From: Amoebophrya sp. A120
Taxonomy: Eukaryota; Protista; Dinoflagellata
Assembly (NCBI GenBank): GCA_905178155.1
Contig: CAJINV010000004.1
Location: 3,947,555-4,011,554 of the forward strand
Reading direction: 5' to 3'
Length of the DNA stretch: 64,000 bases
Part shown: positions 1-15,632 of the stretch, one piece after another
How the letters are laid out: each line of letters starts with the position of its first letter
Position numbering within the stretch: the first letter of the stretch is position 1
Position numbers and translations under genes: made by a program
Notes under the pieces: model-generated
Told to the model about the DNA's origin: nothing
Databases searched by the model: none
What the model saw: the letters and a program-made list of their open reading frames with translations, nothing else

Positions 1-197
1 ACTGTGATGATCTTGCAAGATCCGCATCACAAGTTTGTTACACATGACACAGAAGTAAATTTGCCATGCGCGGCGCTTCCAAAGCGAAAACACCGTTAAA
101 GAGGCGAGGTCTTGCAGGTGTGGCAAGACAAATAGATCTGTGTTTCATTCTATGCATCTTCACAAGTTCACCATGAAGCAGTTTTTTTCTTGCGATA
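1..197. mobile_element. introner, family I (right part only)
   Basis: Ends ...CAGTTTTTTTCTTGCGATA; internally similar to 3455-3733. Confidence 0.7.
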
Positions 198-3100
198 ATA
201 GCGCGGGCACCGAGGCGATGTTGGGCGCCATTAGGCAGGCGCTTTGGAAGCCCGACTATCCTTAGGAAAAACGTCCCGACCCCAGAATCAAGATGGGGAT
301 TTTGCAACACAAACCTTGAAGTTTTGGGAGCCCGGAATGAAAAATTCCAGGCTGTAGCGTGGTGCAGTTTGGCAAGGGAAGTTGCATTACAAATCCATCT
401 GCTAATCCTGTTTACAGCATTACAAGTTCCAAAACACGATCGGAAATGCCTACGATAGGGATCATGCGCATTACAAATGCTCTTGTGCTTGCAGATCTGC
501 ATGACAATTCTGGGGTGGTGAGGTTTTTACACAGGATACCGACGGAGCCATCATCACAGCAGCTGGAGGACCGACGCAAACCGCGTTTCAGATGTGTGAG
601 TTATCCTGTGCAGAAGTATCGTACTCGTACTTCTAATTGCATTCATGCATTACAAATCTCATTCTCAGTGTTTAAATCCGCATTACAAATTTTATTTCTC
701 ATGCGGAGGAAATTTGTCATGCGATTTATACTAGTACGATACTTTTGCAATGCATATGAGTGCGCGAACGCGGATACAGTGAGTATATACGTTTTTCATC
801 TACTTCTTTTTCATGTTCTTCACAACAGGATCTACTTCCTAAGCCTAAGACCACAAGCCAAGGATTCATTGTGCTGTGTTGAGTACTGCCTTTTATTTTG
901 CCATAAAACGAAAACGAAAACAAAAACAGCGAACTCAACCTTCAAGATCGGCACCACAGACAATTGGCTTGATGCGAGCGTGTGATGATGAAAAATGAAA
1001 ATCCCCTGATTTGCTCCTCTGCCTTGGCTTAGGAAATTCAAATGGTTTGTTGAATGTTGCCTGATCGTATTATATACTCCGTATCGTGCACGACCGTATA
1101 GTGGATTATACGCACATCATTTGTGAAAATGAAAATAAAAGCTCTTGAACCTCTTGAAGCCACCACGACGGACGGGTATCGATCCGATCCGATAGAACAT
1201 TTAACCTATCAATCCATGATATAATAGTTAGAGGCGCACGTGCAGCCAGGGGCTTTCGTTCTTTCCCCGTTCATATCAGAACTCAGACACCAAGTACGCT
1301 ACAGACAACAGCATTGCGAACTACGGCGAGTTATCCAATGTAAATAAATCTGGGTCTGGAACTTCTACAGTGGAACTTGCGTTGCATGTCTACTATGTCT
1401 AGCATTCCTGAAAAACGAAAATCTGTGTTGCACATCCAGCAAATAAGGCGTTGCTTTTTTGTCATGGTGCACAGAAGACGCAGTTTGTCATGCGTGCTGG
1501 TACAACGCTTTAGATGGCGTCAAAGGTGGAACTCGTCATGCTTGGCTGCACTTGAGAGCGCCAGACTTATCCCTGCTTTAGCATCACAAGTTTCCAGACC
1601 CAGACATATTTGCACTGGATACGAGTATTGCAAGGCGTGGGAAGACCAGCGGAATGTAAACAAGGCAGACTTTATCCTGGAAAAAACACCCATCCCCATC
1701 CATTTTTTGCATGACAAACACTGCAAATTATGCATGTTTTGCATGACAAATTGGATGGGGATGGGTGTTTTTTCCTGGATAGACTTCGGCACCGGAACTG
1801 CGGGGACCAACACGCGCTGCAACGGCTACTTATGCAAGAAAAAAAAAACCGTGTATAGTGTGGGTCTGTGATGCAGATGAAAATGCAAAACAGTTTAGTT
1901 TACACTTGTCATGCCAGGCACCCAAGATGAAGTCCTCTTTTCATTTCATGTTTGTAACGAAGAACTTTCTCACAGCTTTTTGGCTCACGCTTTTACCCTA
2001 AGCTTGTCAGAGAAGCTGTTTTTCCCCTTTTTCTTTTTTGAGGCGTTAGTGCAAAGTCACTAAACTACCGCAAGTGCTGTTTTGATTCAGTAGCGCTAGA
2101 GCGTGCGCAGAAGGCAAATCCTTCACCCAGAACTCCGCCCATTGTTCCATTCCTACAAACAGACAAACTTAATAAACTTTCTCTTTCATGCGGATCAGAT
2201 TTGTGATTGTTAAAAATACTTGAAGACGCCTACACCAACACAATTTTTTTTTCTTGGATACCACTACGGCTTGGACCACTGGTGTGCTGAGTCGTGGTGC
2301 TACATGAAATATGAAAGCCTCGGGTTGGAAATCCTCAAAGCGAAAATAATTTGTCATGCAAAAAAACGACTCCAGTTGGAGCTCCGTTTCTAGTCGGCGC
2401 ATGACAAATTTCCCGGGCACTCAAAACGTGTCTGTCATGCTAGTGAGGCAAAGGGGTGCCGTTTGCCGTTCTCTCATCTTAATCAGCAGCCCAATTCTGA
2501 AGCCGTAGAAGCACAATGAATTTAATAGTCGGCCTCCACCATTGCGTTCTCAGCAAAAACACCGTCTGTTTGGTGTCGCATTTCATGCATCACAAATTAT
2601 TTCCACGTTGCGGATTTCCATTCTGAGGGTGTCATATGAAGAAAGCCGGGGAAACCGGGGACGGCGCCGGGAATTTCCAGGGCAAGGGGGAGTATCAAAT
2701 GTAAAAATGTCTGGGTCTGGAAGATTCTGAGACTTGTCATGCATATTTTCCATGACCCGTGATGTCTGTGATGCATGCCCTAGCATCACAGATTGTTTAA
2801 GGGCTTCGCGATGCCTATTTCGCATGACAAATGCCCTCTCCGCGTAGCAACAATTGCACTCCCTTTGCTGCTCATGCAATACAGATTTTTTTGGAATCCA
2901 AACTCAGCATCACAAGTTACATTCTTCCAGACCCAGACATTTTTACATTTGATAGGGAGATATGGATTGCAAATATCTTGTCTGCATCTGGGCCGCTTGG
3001 GATTTTTGTGATGCGAGGATGTTGTAAGTACCTTCACTACAAAATATAAGATTTTTCATTTGTAAGCGACGAGAACTTCTGAACCAAAGTCCCGGCTAAC

Positions 3101-3779
3101 GCGTTGATGATGATGATGATGATGATGATGGTGATTTCATTTGTAAGCAACAAGTGCTACATCAAGAGCAGCATGATCAGCGAGGGTTTTTGTCATGCTG
3201 AAGAAGGGCAGCTTGTCATGCGATCGACGAATAGAAGTGGATGTGGATCTGCACTAAGCACCGAGAAGCCCCTTCAGCTTGTGCTTGTCAACAAACCCCC
3301 GCTGTCGTCCCACGTGCAAGCAAATCCAAATCGGACTTCTCAGCATCGCAAATCCAAATCAACTGGATGCCTCCTAGCCCAGATCGACATTTGCAATCGG
3401 CATACGATTTGAAATGTGACAACGTGCGCAATCTGTACAAAAGTGGCTACGGCATATCGTACGAAAAAGCTGTTTCCCTGTGATGCTGCTATTGCAAGTC
3501 GATCTGTATCACAAGTCTGCGACACGATACGACACAGAAAATGATATATCTAAATCTTCTGCCATGCGCGCTTCCCAAGGGAAAACACGCTGACAACAGA
3601 AAATTTGCCATGCGCCTTTCCCAACGGAAAATACGCTTAAAAGTCCAACGTTTGCAGGTGTAGCAAGACAAATAGTTCTCTGTTGCATTTTCTGCATCAC
3701 AAGTTCACAGTGAAACAGTTTTTTCATACGATACGGCAACTTCGAGATTTACTACTCCTACGATTTCTGCTCGCCGTAG
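198..3779 (+). CDS. Cys/Trp-rich hypothetical protein, 5'-truncated by the window edge, split by about 10 introners plus canonical introns
   Basis: Removing TIR elements plus one 5-bp repeat joins ...AGTEAMLGAIRQALWKPDGAIITAAGGPTQTAFQMCECANADT, later NYGEYCKAWEDQRNVNKADFGTGTAGTNTRCNGYYGLDHWCAESWCYMKKAGETG, and ...DLKCDNVRNLYKSGYGNFEIYYSYDFCSP* (TAG 3777-3779). Exons between 780 and 1300 and the junction at 2960/3404 are uncertain. Confidence 0.6.
257..538. mobile_element. introner, family C
   Basis: TATCCT...AAAAACGTCCC / GGGGTGG..TTTTTACACAGGATA; direct repeat (DR) CCGAC. Confidence 0.85.
602..756. mobile_element. introner, family B
   Basis: TATCCTGTGCAGAAGTATCGTACT / AGTACGATACTTTTGCAATGCATA; DR TGAGT. 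Confidence 0.88.
1332..1621. mobile_element. introner, family A
   Basis: TCTGGGTCTGGAA / TTCCAGACCCAGA TIR; DR CGAGT. Confidence 0.85.
1673..1781. mobile_element. introner, family G (109-bp near-complete hairpin)
   Basis: TATCCTGGAAAAAACACCCATCCCCATCC / GGATGGGGATGGGTGTTTTTTCCTGGATA; DR GACTT. Confidence 0.88.
1831..2260. mobile_element. introner, A-tract family
   Basis: TATGCAAGAAAAAAAA / TTTTTTTTCTTGGATA; DR CTACT/CCACT. Confidence 0.75.
2310..2636. mobile_element. introner, family F
   Basis: About 50-bp imperfect TIR ending ATTTGTCATGC; DR TGAAA/TGAAG. Confidence 0.78.
2693..2954. mobile_element. introner, family A
   Basis: Perfect 32-bp TIR TATCAAATGTAAAAATGTCTGGGTCTGGAAGA; DR GGGAG. 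Confidence 0.92.
2961..3404. mobile_element. degenerate A-like introner containing (GAT)n
   Basis: TATGGATTGCAAAT..ATCTGGGC / GCCCAGAT..ATTTGCAATCGGCATA; no clear DR. Confidence 0.55.
3455..3733. mobile_element. introner, family I
   Basis: TATCGTACGAAAAAGCTGTTTC / GAAACAGTTTTTTCATACGATA; DR CGGCA. Confidence 0.85.
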
Positions 3780-3806
3780 CCGAAATCGGTTTTGGATGCA
3801 GGAGCC

Positions 3807-3987
3807 TATGAACTGCAAAAGTATAATCGTGGTACTCGTTGTAGTAACTGCAGTCATGATGCATAACAAATCTTTTCCAGAAGGTAAATCCGCATTACAA
3901 AAAATTTTATTTCTCACGCGACGCTGTGGAAATTTCAATTTGTAATGCATTCATACGAGTGCGATACTTTAACTTTTGCAAGTTATA
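3807..3987. mobile_element. family B element in 3' UTR/intergenic DNA
   Basis: B-type ends; DR GAGCC/CAGCC. Confidence 0.7.
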
Positions 3988-4244
3988 CAGCCAGGTGATG
4001 TTTCGCATGCTTGTGCCTCGAAAATCAGCATCGGAAAATGAGGAGTTTGAAGACGAGACAACCACAAAGGGAAAGCAAGGAGGTTTAGAATCTGAGATAT
4101 TTAATTAAAGAATGCGTTTCTGCTTCTGCTTTGACAATTTTATTTGCACTCTGTTTATTTTTATATTCAGGCAACGGTTACGGGTTTTACTTTTAAGGAG
4201 ACATCATGCTAGGCTACTAGGACGAAATGAGAAAAAGGAGCGGG

Positions 4245-5440
4245 AGATGAATAAACGGCCGTGTCGATCATACAGAAGCATCCGTTTCGCTATTTTGTTT
4301 TGAATTTAAAAGTGTTAGAAACCTAGACGCACGATCAACAAAGTATACGAACTACGATGGGAACAAGTACTAGCAGTACTACGTGACTACGTGTCACGAT
4401 GTAGTTCGACACTAATGATAGACGTACTAGTAGGGATACTAGTCGCAACCTGTCAGGGGTGATTTGGGATTACTATATTTATATATGGAAGAAAACGGCG
4501 CTAGAGAGGGTACAGAAGAGGTCTGTTAGAGGTTCGGGAGAGGTAGAATAGAGGGTCGGAGAGGTAAAATAGAGGGTCGGACAAAATGAGAGGGTCGGGG
4601 AGAGGTAAAACGAGAGGTAAGGGAGAGGGTCGGGAGAGGGTGAGCCGTATATACGCCCCTAAAGCGGGGCTATACGCGCGCAGAGGTAGGGCAGAGGTTG
4701 AGGAGAGGTCAAGTAGAGGGTAGGGGGAGAGGGTGTAGAGGGTCGGAGAGGGTGCGTAGTATAGGGCGACCCTCTACGCGACCCTCTACCGCGATCCTCT
4801 CCGGAAACCTCTACTTTACCTCTCGGCGGACCCTCTCGGGACCTCTCCGACCCTCTCCCGGATCCTCTCGGGGACCCTCTCCGAACCTCTCCCGGACCCT
4901 CTCCGAACCTCTCCGGGACCCTCTCCCGGACCCTCTCCGTGACCCTCTCCCGGACCCTCTCGCGGACCCCCTCGCGGACCACCTCCAGGAGCACAGCCTG
5001 CCCACCTGTCTGCGCGTGGCGCCTCCTCAAGAAGCTCGCTAGGGCGCAGCGACCGGCTGGCATTGCTTTTGCTTTCAGATCAGAGCGGCCGTTCAAAGTG
5101 CGTGCGCCGCTCTGCGTCCCCCAGAGGGGGCGCGGCGCCCCGCCTTAACCTGGTCGGCCACCTAGGGTGGCCGCAACTTCTTTCCCACAGCGCCCGCGCG
5201 CGCTGGCAGCAGGTGCGTCGCCCTTGTTGCGTCTCGCACGATGGCGCCCGGAAATAGTTTCCTGCACGCATTTTCCTACGGCGCGCAGGCAGCGAGCTAC
5301 TAAGGCCGGGCATGCGGCAGCAGGTGGAAGTGTAGGACGCGCCCCCGCGCCGTCTATTAGTAATACAGCGCGCCGCCCAGATGAATAAACGGCCGTGTCG
5401 ATCATACAGAAGCATCCGTTTCGCTATTTTGTTTTGAATT
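4245..5440. repeat. 1.2-kb segment bounded by identical 62-bp direct repeats, with inverted AGAGGG/CCCTCT arrays
   Basis: 4245-4306 = 5379-5440. Purine-rich array about 4500-4765 is followed by its complement, about 4770-4985. Confidence 0.75.
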
Positions 5441-6020
5441 GAAAAGACAACTACAACAACTAGTAGACCAAGTCTCGAAATTGTAAGGATGATATCGAAG
5501 CTCCTGCAAGAAAAAAAACTACATTATTTGAGCTGCGCTTTTTTTTTCAAAATCGATGGCCATTTTTGGGACAGGCCGACGACCAAGTAGAGTTAGTTTA
5601 ATACGTTCGTCGATATGTACCGAAGATAAAGATTGCAAAGCAACACTACTCAAAAAGTATACCCATGATGTCAGCTAAGGGCCGCCAGCGGATGATGGAA
5701 GAATACGTATGATGACGAATTATAATGTGGTAGAAAATAGCGGGTTTCTTTCTTAAATTTGATGAAAACATAGACATGAATGCACACTTGTATAAGAGGA
5801 AATGACGTGGTACAAGAACACGTAGGCTTGGATTACATCTAGTGACAAGATTAAGATTTCTGTATTGAACAAATAGCCAGTGCCAGCCACGCTAAATAAT
5901 AATAACGTTCCAATCTTCAGCAATCGCTACCAGTGACTCAACGTCAGATTGACATTGAAATTGATGTGTTCCTCGTCGTTGTAAAAACTAGCTGGTGAAC
6001 TATAATAAAACGCATTCTGA

Positions 6021-6286
6021 TATCAAATGTAAAAATGTCTGGGTCTGGAAGAGTGCGCGACTTGTCATGCTGCTTTTCCATGACCCATGAGGTCTGGAAT
6101 GCAGGACCTAGCATGACAGATTCTGCGAGACCTTTCTAATGCCTATCCTGCACGAGAAACTACCTCCCGACTTGGTCAAAACTGGACGACTTTTGGTAAT
6201 CATGCAACACAGATTTTTGCATGCTGCAGATTTAGCATGACAAGTTGCAATCTTCCAGACCCAGACACTTTTAATTACAGTTGATA
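6021..6286. mobile_element. family A element upstream of a CDS
   Basis: A-type TIR; DR TCTGA. Confidence 0.88.
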
Positions 6287-6542
6287 TCTGATTCTGGCTC
6301 TGCAGCTCTGTAGTTTTTCGAAGCCATGTCATCTGGCAACCAAAGCGTGCGCAAGCGCAAGAGCGCTTTTCGGAGGCGATCTGGATCTTGATCTGCATAC
6401 TGTATTTTGCTCAAGTTGTACAGATCTAACTTTGACAAGTAGCAGCTCGGTCCTCGCGAACTACTTTCCCAGTCGAGGATATCGGTATACTTTTGTGTTT
6501 TAAGTACTCCTTTTTTAATCTCGAGCCTCGAACAGCAAACCC

Positions 6543-9500
6543 ATGTCGTCATCGCCGGCACTTGTGGCAGAGTTGATGTCACATTTTTTGCCACGACCAC
6601 ATCATTGCTTGAAGTGGCCGCGGCTGCGCTCCCTGCCCGCACATCTCATGGTCTGGACAATGGGAACGACGCTTGCGGCGTTACTCTTCGTTTGCGGGGG
6701 CGAAATAGTGCAGGAAGTGAAGGCCAACGAGAAGCATGCGCTCGCGTTCCACCAAGGTAGTACGTCGAGAGGGCATACGGTGGCAGATGAAGATCACAGC
6801 CCAGTTGTAACGGCGTTGCAACGGCCCGGAGGCGAACAGTCCTCGCAGCTGCTTTCCGACCGCGTTCCTGCGCCCTCCCGCAAAGGGAGTAGCGAGGAGC
6901 AGAACGAGGCGCGGACGCCGGAAGATGATGTCGTGGCGCCAGCATATTTCGAGCACCAAACACTGCGACCACCGCTGGTCGAGCGAGCGCAGTTTGATAC
7001 AACAGCGGAAGAGTTTCTGCAGAGCAATGCAGAAGTTGTACAGTATGCGTTTGAAGGGTTGTCGGCTACGCGGGTTGGAAACGAGGAGCAACAGGAACGC
7101 CGACAGACGAGAACTCCATCTACCTCCCCCACCATCGAAAACGACATCAAGGATCTGGGCAGAGACTTTGTGGACCACAAGCAGCAGGAGTGGCTTCAGA
7201 TTGGAGCATACGCCACAGAAAAAGCGAGAAGCAGGGCCGCGGATGCCACTGCCATGGGAGAGCAGAAGGAGGACCTACGACTTCCGATGGAGCAGCAAGT
7301 TTTCCAGATGCAGCAGGAGATGGCAGTGCTCCGGGCGGAGATGCAGCAGAAGATTGCAATGCTCGAGACGGAGGTGCAGCAGAAGACTTCAACGCTTGAG
7401 GCGAACGCTACTGCCTGCGCCAACAACGTGACCGACCTTGTGAGCGCGACCACAGATATTCGCGCCGCCGGGGTGGTCGTGGAGGAGGCTAGTAATCTGC
7501 TTTTGGCGCAAATGTTTGCTGTGTGGCGGATGGATTACATTCGCGCTGTGGTGTACCTCCTTTCCGGGTTCGTGGCTTCGCTCATTGTCGTCGCGCTGCC
7601 GGTTCGCTTGGTCTTTTTTCCCAGGGAATACAGCCAAGCGGAAGTAGAGTCGGAGGGCGGCGGGGATGTCACTCCGGAACCACAGCAGGGGGCAACCGCC
7701 GTGGCCGCAGGTGGTGACCAAGAAGACCTGCTTTCGGCCGACCGCCCGAATCCACCGCCGGCGAAGCCGGAAAAGTACTGGCTGCTTCCCTGGGATTTCG
7801 CCAGGAAAGGAACTTTGTCAAGTGTATGTCAGCGAGGGGACAGCACGGAGGGCAAGATTTTCACCACCGGTCTGGTGATAGCCGAAATTTGTGCACTGCT
7901 CTCGCACTACACACTGATCGTGTACGATCGCAATTGTGCGGGCTTTTTCACCATTTTGGATGAAGAACTGGACAGCATAGTCACCGAGCGATCTATCGAT
8001 CTGGCACTTCGTGTGGTTTGGCTGATCGTTCCGCCTGTCCTCATGATCATCACAGCTGCGGTGCCGAGCAACAGTTTCAAGGTTCATATTCCGAACGCAG
8101 CGCCGACGGCGACGGCAGGAAATGCAGCAGGTCCGGGAACAAGTAGCGCCACCCGAAATCGTGTGACGGCGATCCACGAGGACGATACTCGGGTATGGTC
8201 GCAGGCGCTGCATCGAACTGTTTTGGCCGCAATGGGGCTGCGGTTAATTTTTGAAACGCGGCAATTGTTCCACGAGCCTTGCGACATCTCCGGCGCACTG
8301 TTTGGGGTGTCGGATCCGTTGGACGAGCAAGACCTACGTTTTTTTGTGAATTTTGCTGATCAGCGAGTCGCATCAAATGCAAAAGTGTCTGCTTCTGGAA
8401 GAATGCAAGATTTGTCATGCATATTTTTCATGACCCATGATGCCTGTAATGCTTGACCTTGCATCGCAGACCTTTAGAGGGTTTCCTGATGCAACTTCCG
8501 CATGAGAAATCGAAATGCCGTGTCCGTGTCGCAAAAGCTGTGCCCCTCTTGCAGCTGGTCATGCAATACAAAACTTTTTAGAGTCCAAAAACAGCATGAC
8601 AATTCCAGACCCAGACATTTTTGCAGTTGATAAGTCGCGGCCCGATGCAAAAACGAGTATATTCGGAGTGCCTGGACGCAGGCCTATCGTGGCTATTACC
8701 TGGGCCGAGTGGCGTGGCTCTTTCTCGGGTGGGCCTTTTCACTGCTATTCCTTGCCCTAAGCCTCGCATGCGAATTGCAAGATCGACACGCCGCGGACCG
8801 TTCAGCCGAGGACCGCCGGCACGCTGCGGCCTATCTCGAAGACGTTCGCTTGGTTCCGCAATCGGCGAGCCTGATTCTTCCGCGGCTCTCGTTCGTGGCC
8901 GAAATTCTTGCCATGCTCACTGTGCAAGCGCTACCCTTCTGGCCCGTTCTTCTGAAGGTAGTGCGGCATGGGCAAGGTGCGGTTTGGAACCCGCCACTGA
9001 CACCCCTCGACGTTTTGCTTAGAGTGTATGGGGCTCTCAAACGTTGCACTGTCAACTGTTACATGATTTGTCATGCAAATTGACCAGCATGAGCCGCCAG
9101 ACCATCAAGCTGCTTCGCATGACTACAAATTCTCGAAGGGCTAAACAGCATTCGAATCTGTGTCGAATTCGTGATGCGAGAATTGCAAGCCTGCCCCTTT
9201 CCCTATTGCTGTTTTTGCATGACAAATCATGTAACAGTTGAGAATGTAACGTTTGAGAATCCCATAGAATGTCGCTCGACCACTGGAGAGAGGACGCATC
9301 ACAATGCGGGCATTACTTTAATACGGACAAGGAGAAATATATGGAACTGTCAGGATCGAAATCGTCAAAGTTGAAAAGATTTGTCATGCATAAAATGGAT
9401 GCCAGTTGTAACCCAGTTTCCAAGTGGCGCATGACAAATTTGGGTAGAGCCGAAATCCAGTTTGTCGCGCTGTTTGGGTAAGGACGACGCCGTTTGTCAT

Positions 9501-10026
9501 GCTGCTCTAGCAGCTCTATTTCTACCCCCGACAGGCTTACAATCTGCCTTCCTTGCCCACTCTGCAAGACAGGCATTCTGTGGGTTGCAATTTATGCAGT
9601 TGGCGTAGTTGGCGAGTTGGTTTAGGGGGCGGGAGATGATGGCGATGGCATTTCGGTGTCCGCCTGACCCACCTTCCCTGCGTGACAGCCATCTGCGGCC
9701 GTTTGCACAGGGGGAGGCAAAGTGTGCCGCACTTCTGTTTAGCATGACAAATTCTTTCAACTTTGTCGATTTCAGTCCTGACACTCCCATAAAGGATTGC
9801 ACAATCGTACACCCTGACAGGGAGGCTGACCACGCGTGGTTCTCACAACCTGCGGTCAATTATCCTGTGCAAAAGTATCGTACTCGTAGTAATTGCGTTT
9901 ATGCATTACAAATCTATCTCTTTGTCAAGGTAAATCAGAATTACAAATTTAATTTGTAATGCTGGGCTAATTTGTAACGCAATTCATAACTAGTGCGATG
10001 CTTTTGCAATGCACATCAATTTGTAA
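6543..10026 (+). CDS. hypothetical multi-pass membrane protein with a coiled-coil segment; 4 introners
   Basis: The 637-aa ORF continues in frame after excising 8371-8632, 9027-9266, 9340-9791 and 9861-10015. Several hydrophobic helices; stop TAA 10024-10026. Confidence 0.65.
8371..8632. mobile_element. introner, family A
   Basis: Starts CATC (variant), A-type TIR; DR AGTCG. Confidence 0.82.
9027..9266. mobile_element. introner, family E
   Basis: TATGGGGCTCTCAAACGTT / AACGTTTGAGAATCCCATA, about 50-bp TIR; DR GAGTG/GAATG. Confidence 0.82.
9340..9791. mobile_element. introner, family F
   Basis: TATGGAACTGTCAGGATCGAAATCG / CGATTTCAGTCCTGACACTCCCATA; DR decayed (AAATA/AAGGA). Confidence 0.78.
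9861..10015. mobile_element. introner, family B
   Basis: B-type TIR; DR TCAAT. Confidence 0.85.
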
Positions 10027-10140
10027 CTTCTGTGCAGGCCATATGATTATGAAATTGCAGCAAGAACAGTTGCGCAGGAGAAACTGAGGAAGCATTCGAC
10101 TTATTGTAAAACTCACCTGAGATGAAGATGATCTTCATGT

Positions 10141-10419
10141 TATCCTCAGTAAAAACGTACCCACACCAGAGTTGTAATGCAGATTTGCAAAGACTGGAAG
10201 ACTTGTAATGCGCATCCCCATGAGAGCCATTTCCAATCGTGTTTTGGAATTTGTAATGCTGTAAACAGGACGAGCAGATGGATTTCTGATGCAGCTGGCC
10301 TTGCGAACCTGCACTACGCTACGGACTGCAGCTTGTGATGCGTGACTCACAAAACTCCTAGGCTTGTGCTGCAAAATCCCCATCGTGACTCTGGTGTGGG
10401 TACGTTTTTACTCAGGATA
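10141..10419. mobile_element. family C element in 3' UTR/intergenic DNA
   Basis: Near-perfect 32-bp TIR TATCCT(C/G)AGTAAAAACGTACCCACACCAGAGT; DR CATGT. Confidence 0.9.
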
Positions 10420-11349
10420 CATGTTGTAGCACTGCGCAGAGTTGTCACTTAACTTGAGGCGTGGAAAGAGGTGCGACAAAGTACACAAAGCTACCAGCTT
10501 TTGCGAGGACGCCGTATTCAACATGTGCTTTATCGTCCAAGCAGGAGAAGTACCGCGGTCCACAGTCGATCACGATCAGTGCCGCGGCCTTGCAAGAGCC
10601 AGCGAAGACGAAGACGAAGATCATTTTTGGCAAACCATTCAAATTTCCACCTCTTCGGAAAATAGGTCGCTAAAGATCGTCTTTTTATCCGCTCCTCGGA
10701 GCATAGCGTCCCTATAATCTGCACTCGACATCAAAAAAGGATCTCACTCGCCCCTCGGAGCGTACTTATCCCGCCCCTATGCTTCCTCGGAAGCTATTGG
10801 CTAGCTTTCGCACATTACATAGATGCAGAAGTCTTCGGACTCTGGAAAGTAGTGCGCCTTCAGGCATGATCAATCGGTCGGCTCTTAATACCGAGCGATG
10901 CTCTACTTTGACAAACTGTGCGACCACGACGCGACACCTACTCCTACCGCCTCCAGTTCCACTATGTTGATCCTAGTTGTAGATCTTCCACTATGATCCT
11001 CCTGTTGACCACAAGATCTTCCCCCGCAGATAAGAGCGCGATCTTACAACTTTATTTGAGGACCCTCGTCGATATAAATAATTGTAGCGGCCCTTATTTC
11101 ATCCGATGAAATTCATCGCCGTGACAGATTTTTGGACGAGAAAAGACTACACTCAAAGTTTGGAATTGCACCCACACTTTTGTAAAGTTGTCCGCTTTTC
11201 ATAAAGATCCAAGAACAGTTCTTGTCAATCCAAGAAGCAGTGGCCGCCCTAAAACAGTTGTACCTCAGAAGTAGTGTCACATAATTTATCTACGTACTAG
11301 TTTTAGTTTTCACTAATCAGTACTAGCGACACTTCATCATCAATCTATC

Positions 11350-14117
<2,768 letters not shown>

Positions 14118-15632
14118 AAGAGGACGGCTTGAGCAGACAACAGCATGCGAAGAGCGTTGTAGTGGTAGTGGTTCAAGAACATCTTTGCGAGATCGAGATG
14201 AACGAGAAGTATCACCTTTGACCAGATCATTCTTCACCATCAATCCAACATACGAAGAAGGAGCACCAGCGGCGTCTCATCGACCCAATGTCGCGTTGCG
14301 GCGATTCAAAATCGACCTGCGATGAACAAGCCACGACAGGATCCGATCACGACTGTAATCCGAGAAGCTATGGCGACAACAAATTTCAAATTTTGAAATT
14401 TACGAAGTAGAAATTTGAAGAATGGAACGAATCTATTTGACAAGGAGTTTCCATTCGCAGATGATGACCAAGTGTACACAGCAGCGAAATATTGCTCCTG
14501 CTCACAGATAAAGGAGAAGTATCCCGGTATGAGTGAGTGGTCCTTTTCATAGTGGCACCAGATGCCTTGGTTTTATTAGTTACAACACACATGACGATAC
14601 CGATAGCGATATGGGCGATACTCAAACTATGTTGACGCGCAGGTGAAACGATCTGAGTATTTTTATTTCCGGGGCTTCTGCAACTGCAGTGGAAGATCTC
14701 AATTTTTTTTTGCGGAAAAAGTAAAAGTGTTCATGATGTTGATGATATCACGTCGGCGTGAGAAAACATCACAGCAAATAGTAGAAAGAACAGTTCAATG
14801 TTGCTGAACAAGAAGGATCAACTCGCAAGGTCGACGCGGCGGGCTTCTTGTCCAGATCGAGAAAGATGATCTCCAAAAAGTAGCAATCACGCTTGCGATC
14901 TAGTTTGCGTCTCAATTCGTTGTAGCAATGGATTCTCAGCTGAAAAAGAAGCGGAAGTAGGCAACGTCTCTCGTTCCCGTGGATCCACGTATTATATTTG
15001 AGTTTTCCTCTCTGCGGCGACGTGGTTTCACACAGAAGACTCATTCCATTATGAAACTCTGTCTGATGTTGTGCTACTGGTTCAGTATCAGTTCATCTTC
15101 GTCTTGTGGTTCGATTGGCATTCTTCTCTTTGCAAGTATACGAAGTTTGAACATCTTGCTTTAGAAAAGGATCGAGACCAAGCTCTGTGCAGCGTATGAG
15201 CTTCCTTTTTTAAAAGTTAAAGTTATTTTTCTTTGTGGTTGTACATTGGTATCGAAAAACGGTGGAAGTGGCGGAAATTCACCGGGTTATTTTTTAACGC
15301 TCTGGCGGACTCAGGAATTTTGCAACGGAAGTTGAGGTGGCCGTCGTCCAACGTGAAAAGCAAAAAGGTTTTAATGCGCGGGAATTTATTATTTTTCCGC
15401 GCCGTGGTACGACGTTATTCTCATTTACTCGCAGGAAACCCGATGCGGGTTTTGTAGACAGGAAGCAGGGCAAAGAACAGGAGGTCTAGTTGTCCCTTTA
15501 GAAGAGCAGAACAAGTAGTACTAAGAAGTAGAAGAGCATCAAGAGCATTTACTTCTTGAAACAGAGCGGCCAGAAACAACAGGTACCACGACCAGCACTA
15601 CAGTTGAAGAAGTATAAAACTCTATTCAGATC

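Noticed and set aside
38-985. ORFs 38-502 and 359-985, and many short ORFs with LPDPDIF, KMSGSGR or QKYRTR
   Set aside because: These peptides are translations of introner TIRs, not proteins.
1975-1990. TTTTGGCTCA resembling the dinoflagellate spliced leader
   Set aside because: Only about 10 nt match and it lies inside an introner; likely chance.
4659-5415. Repetitive ORFs (RERVRE / DPLPDPL)
   Set aside because: Products of the AGAGGG/CCCTCT arrays.
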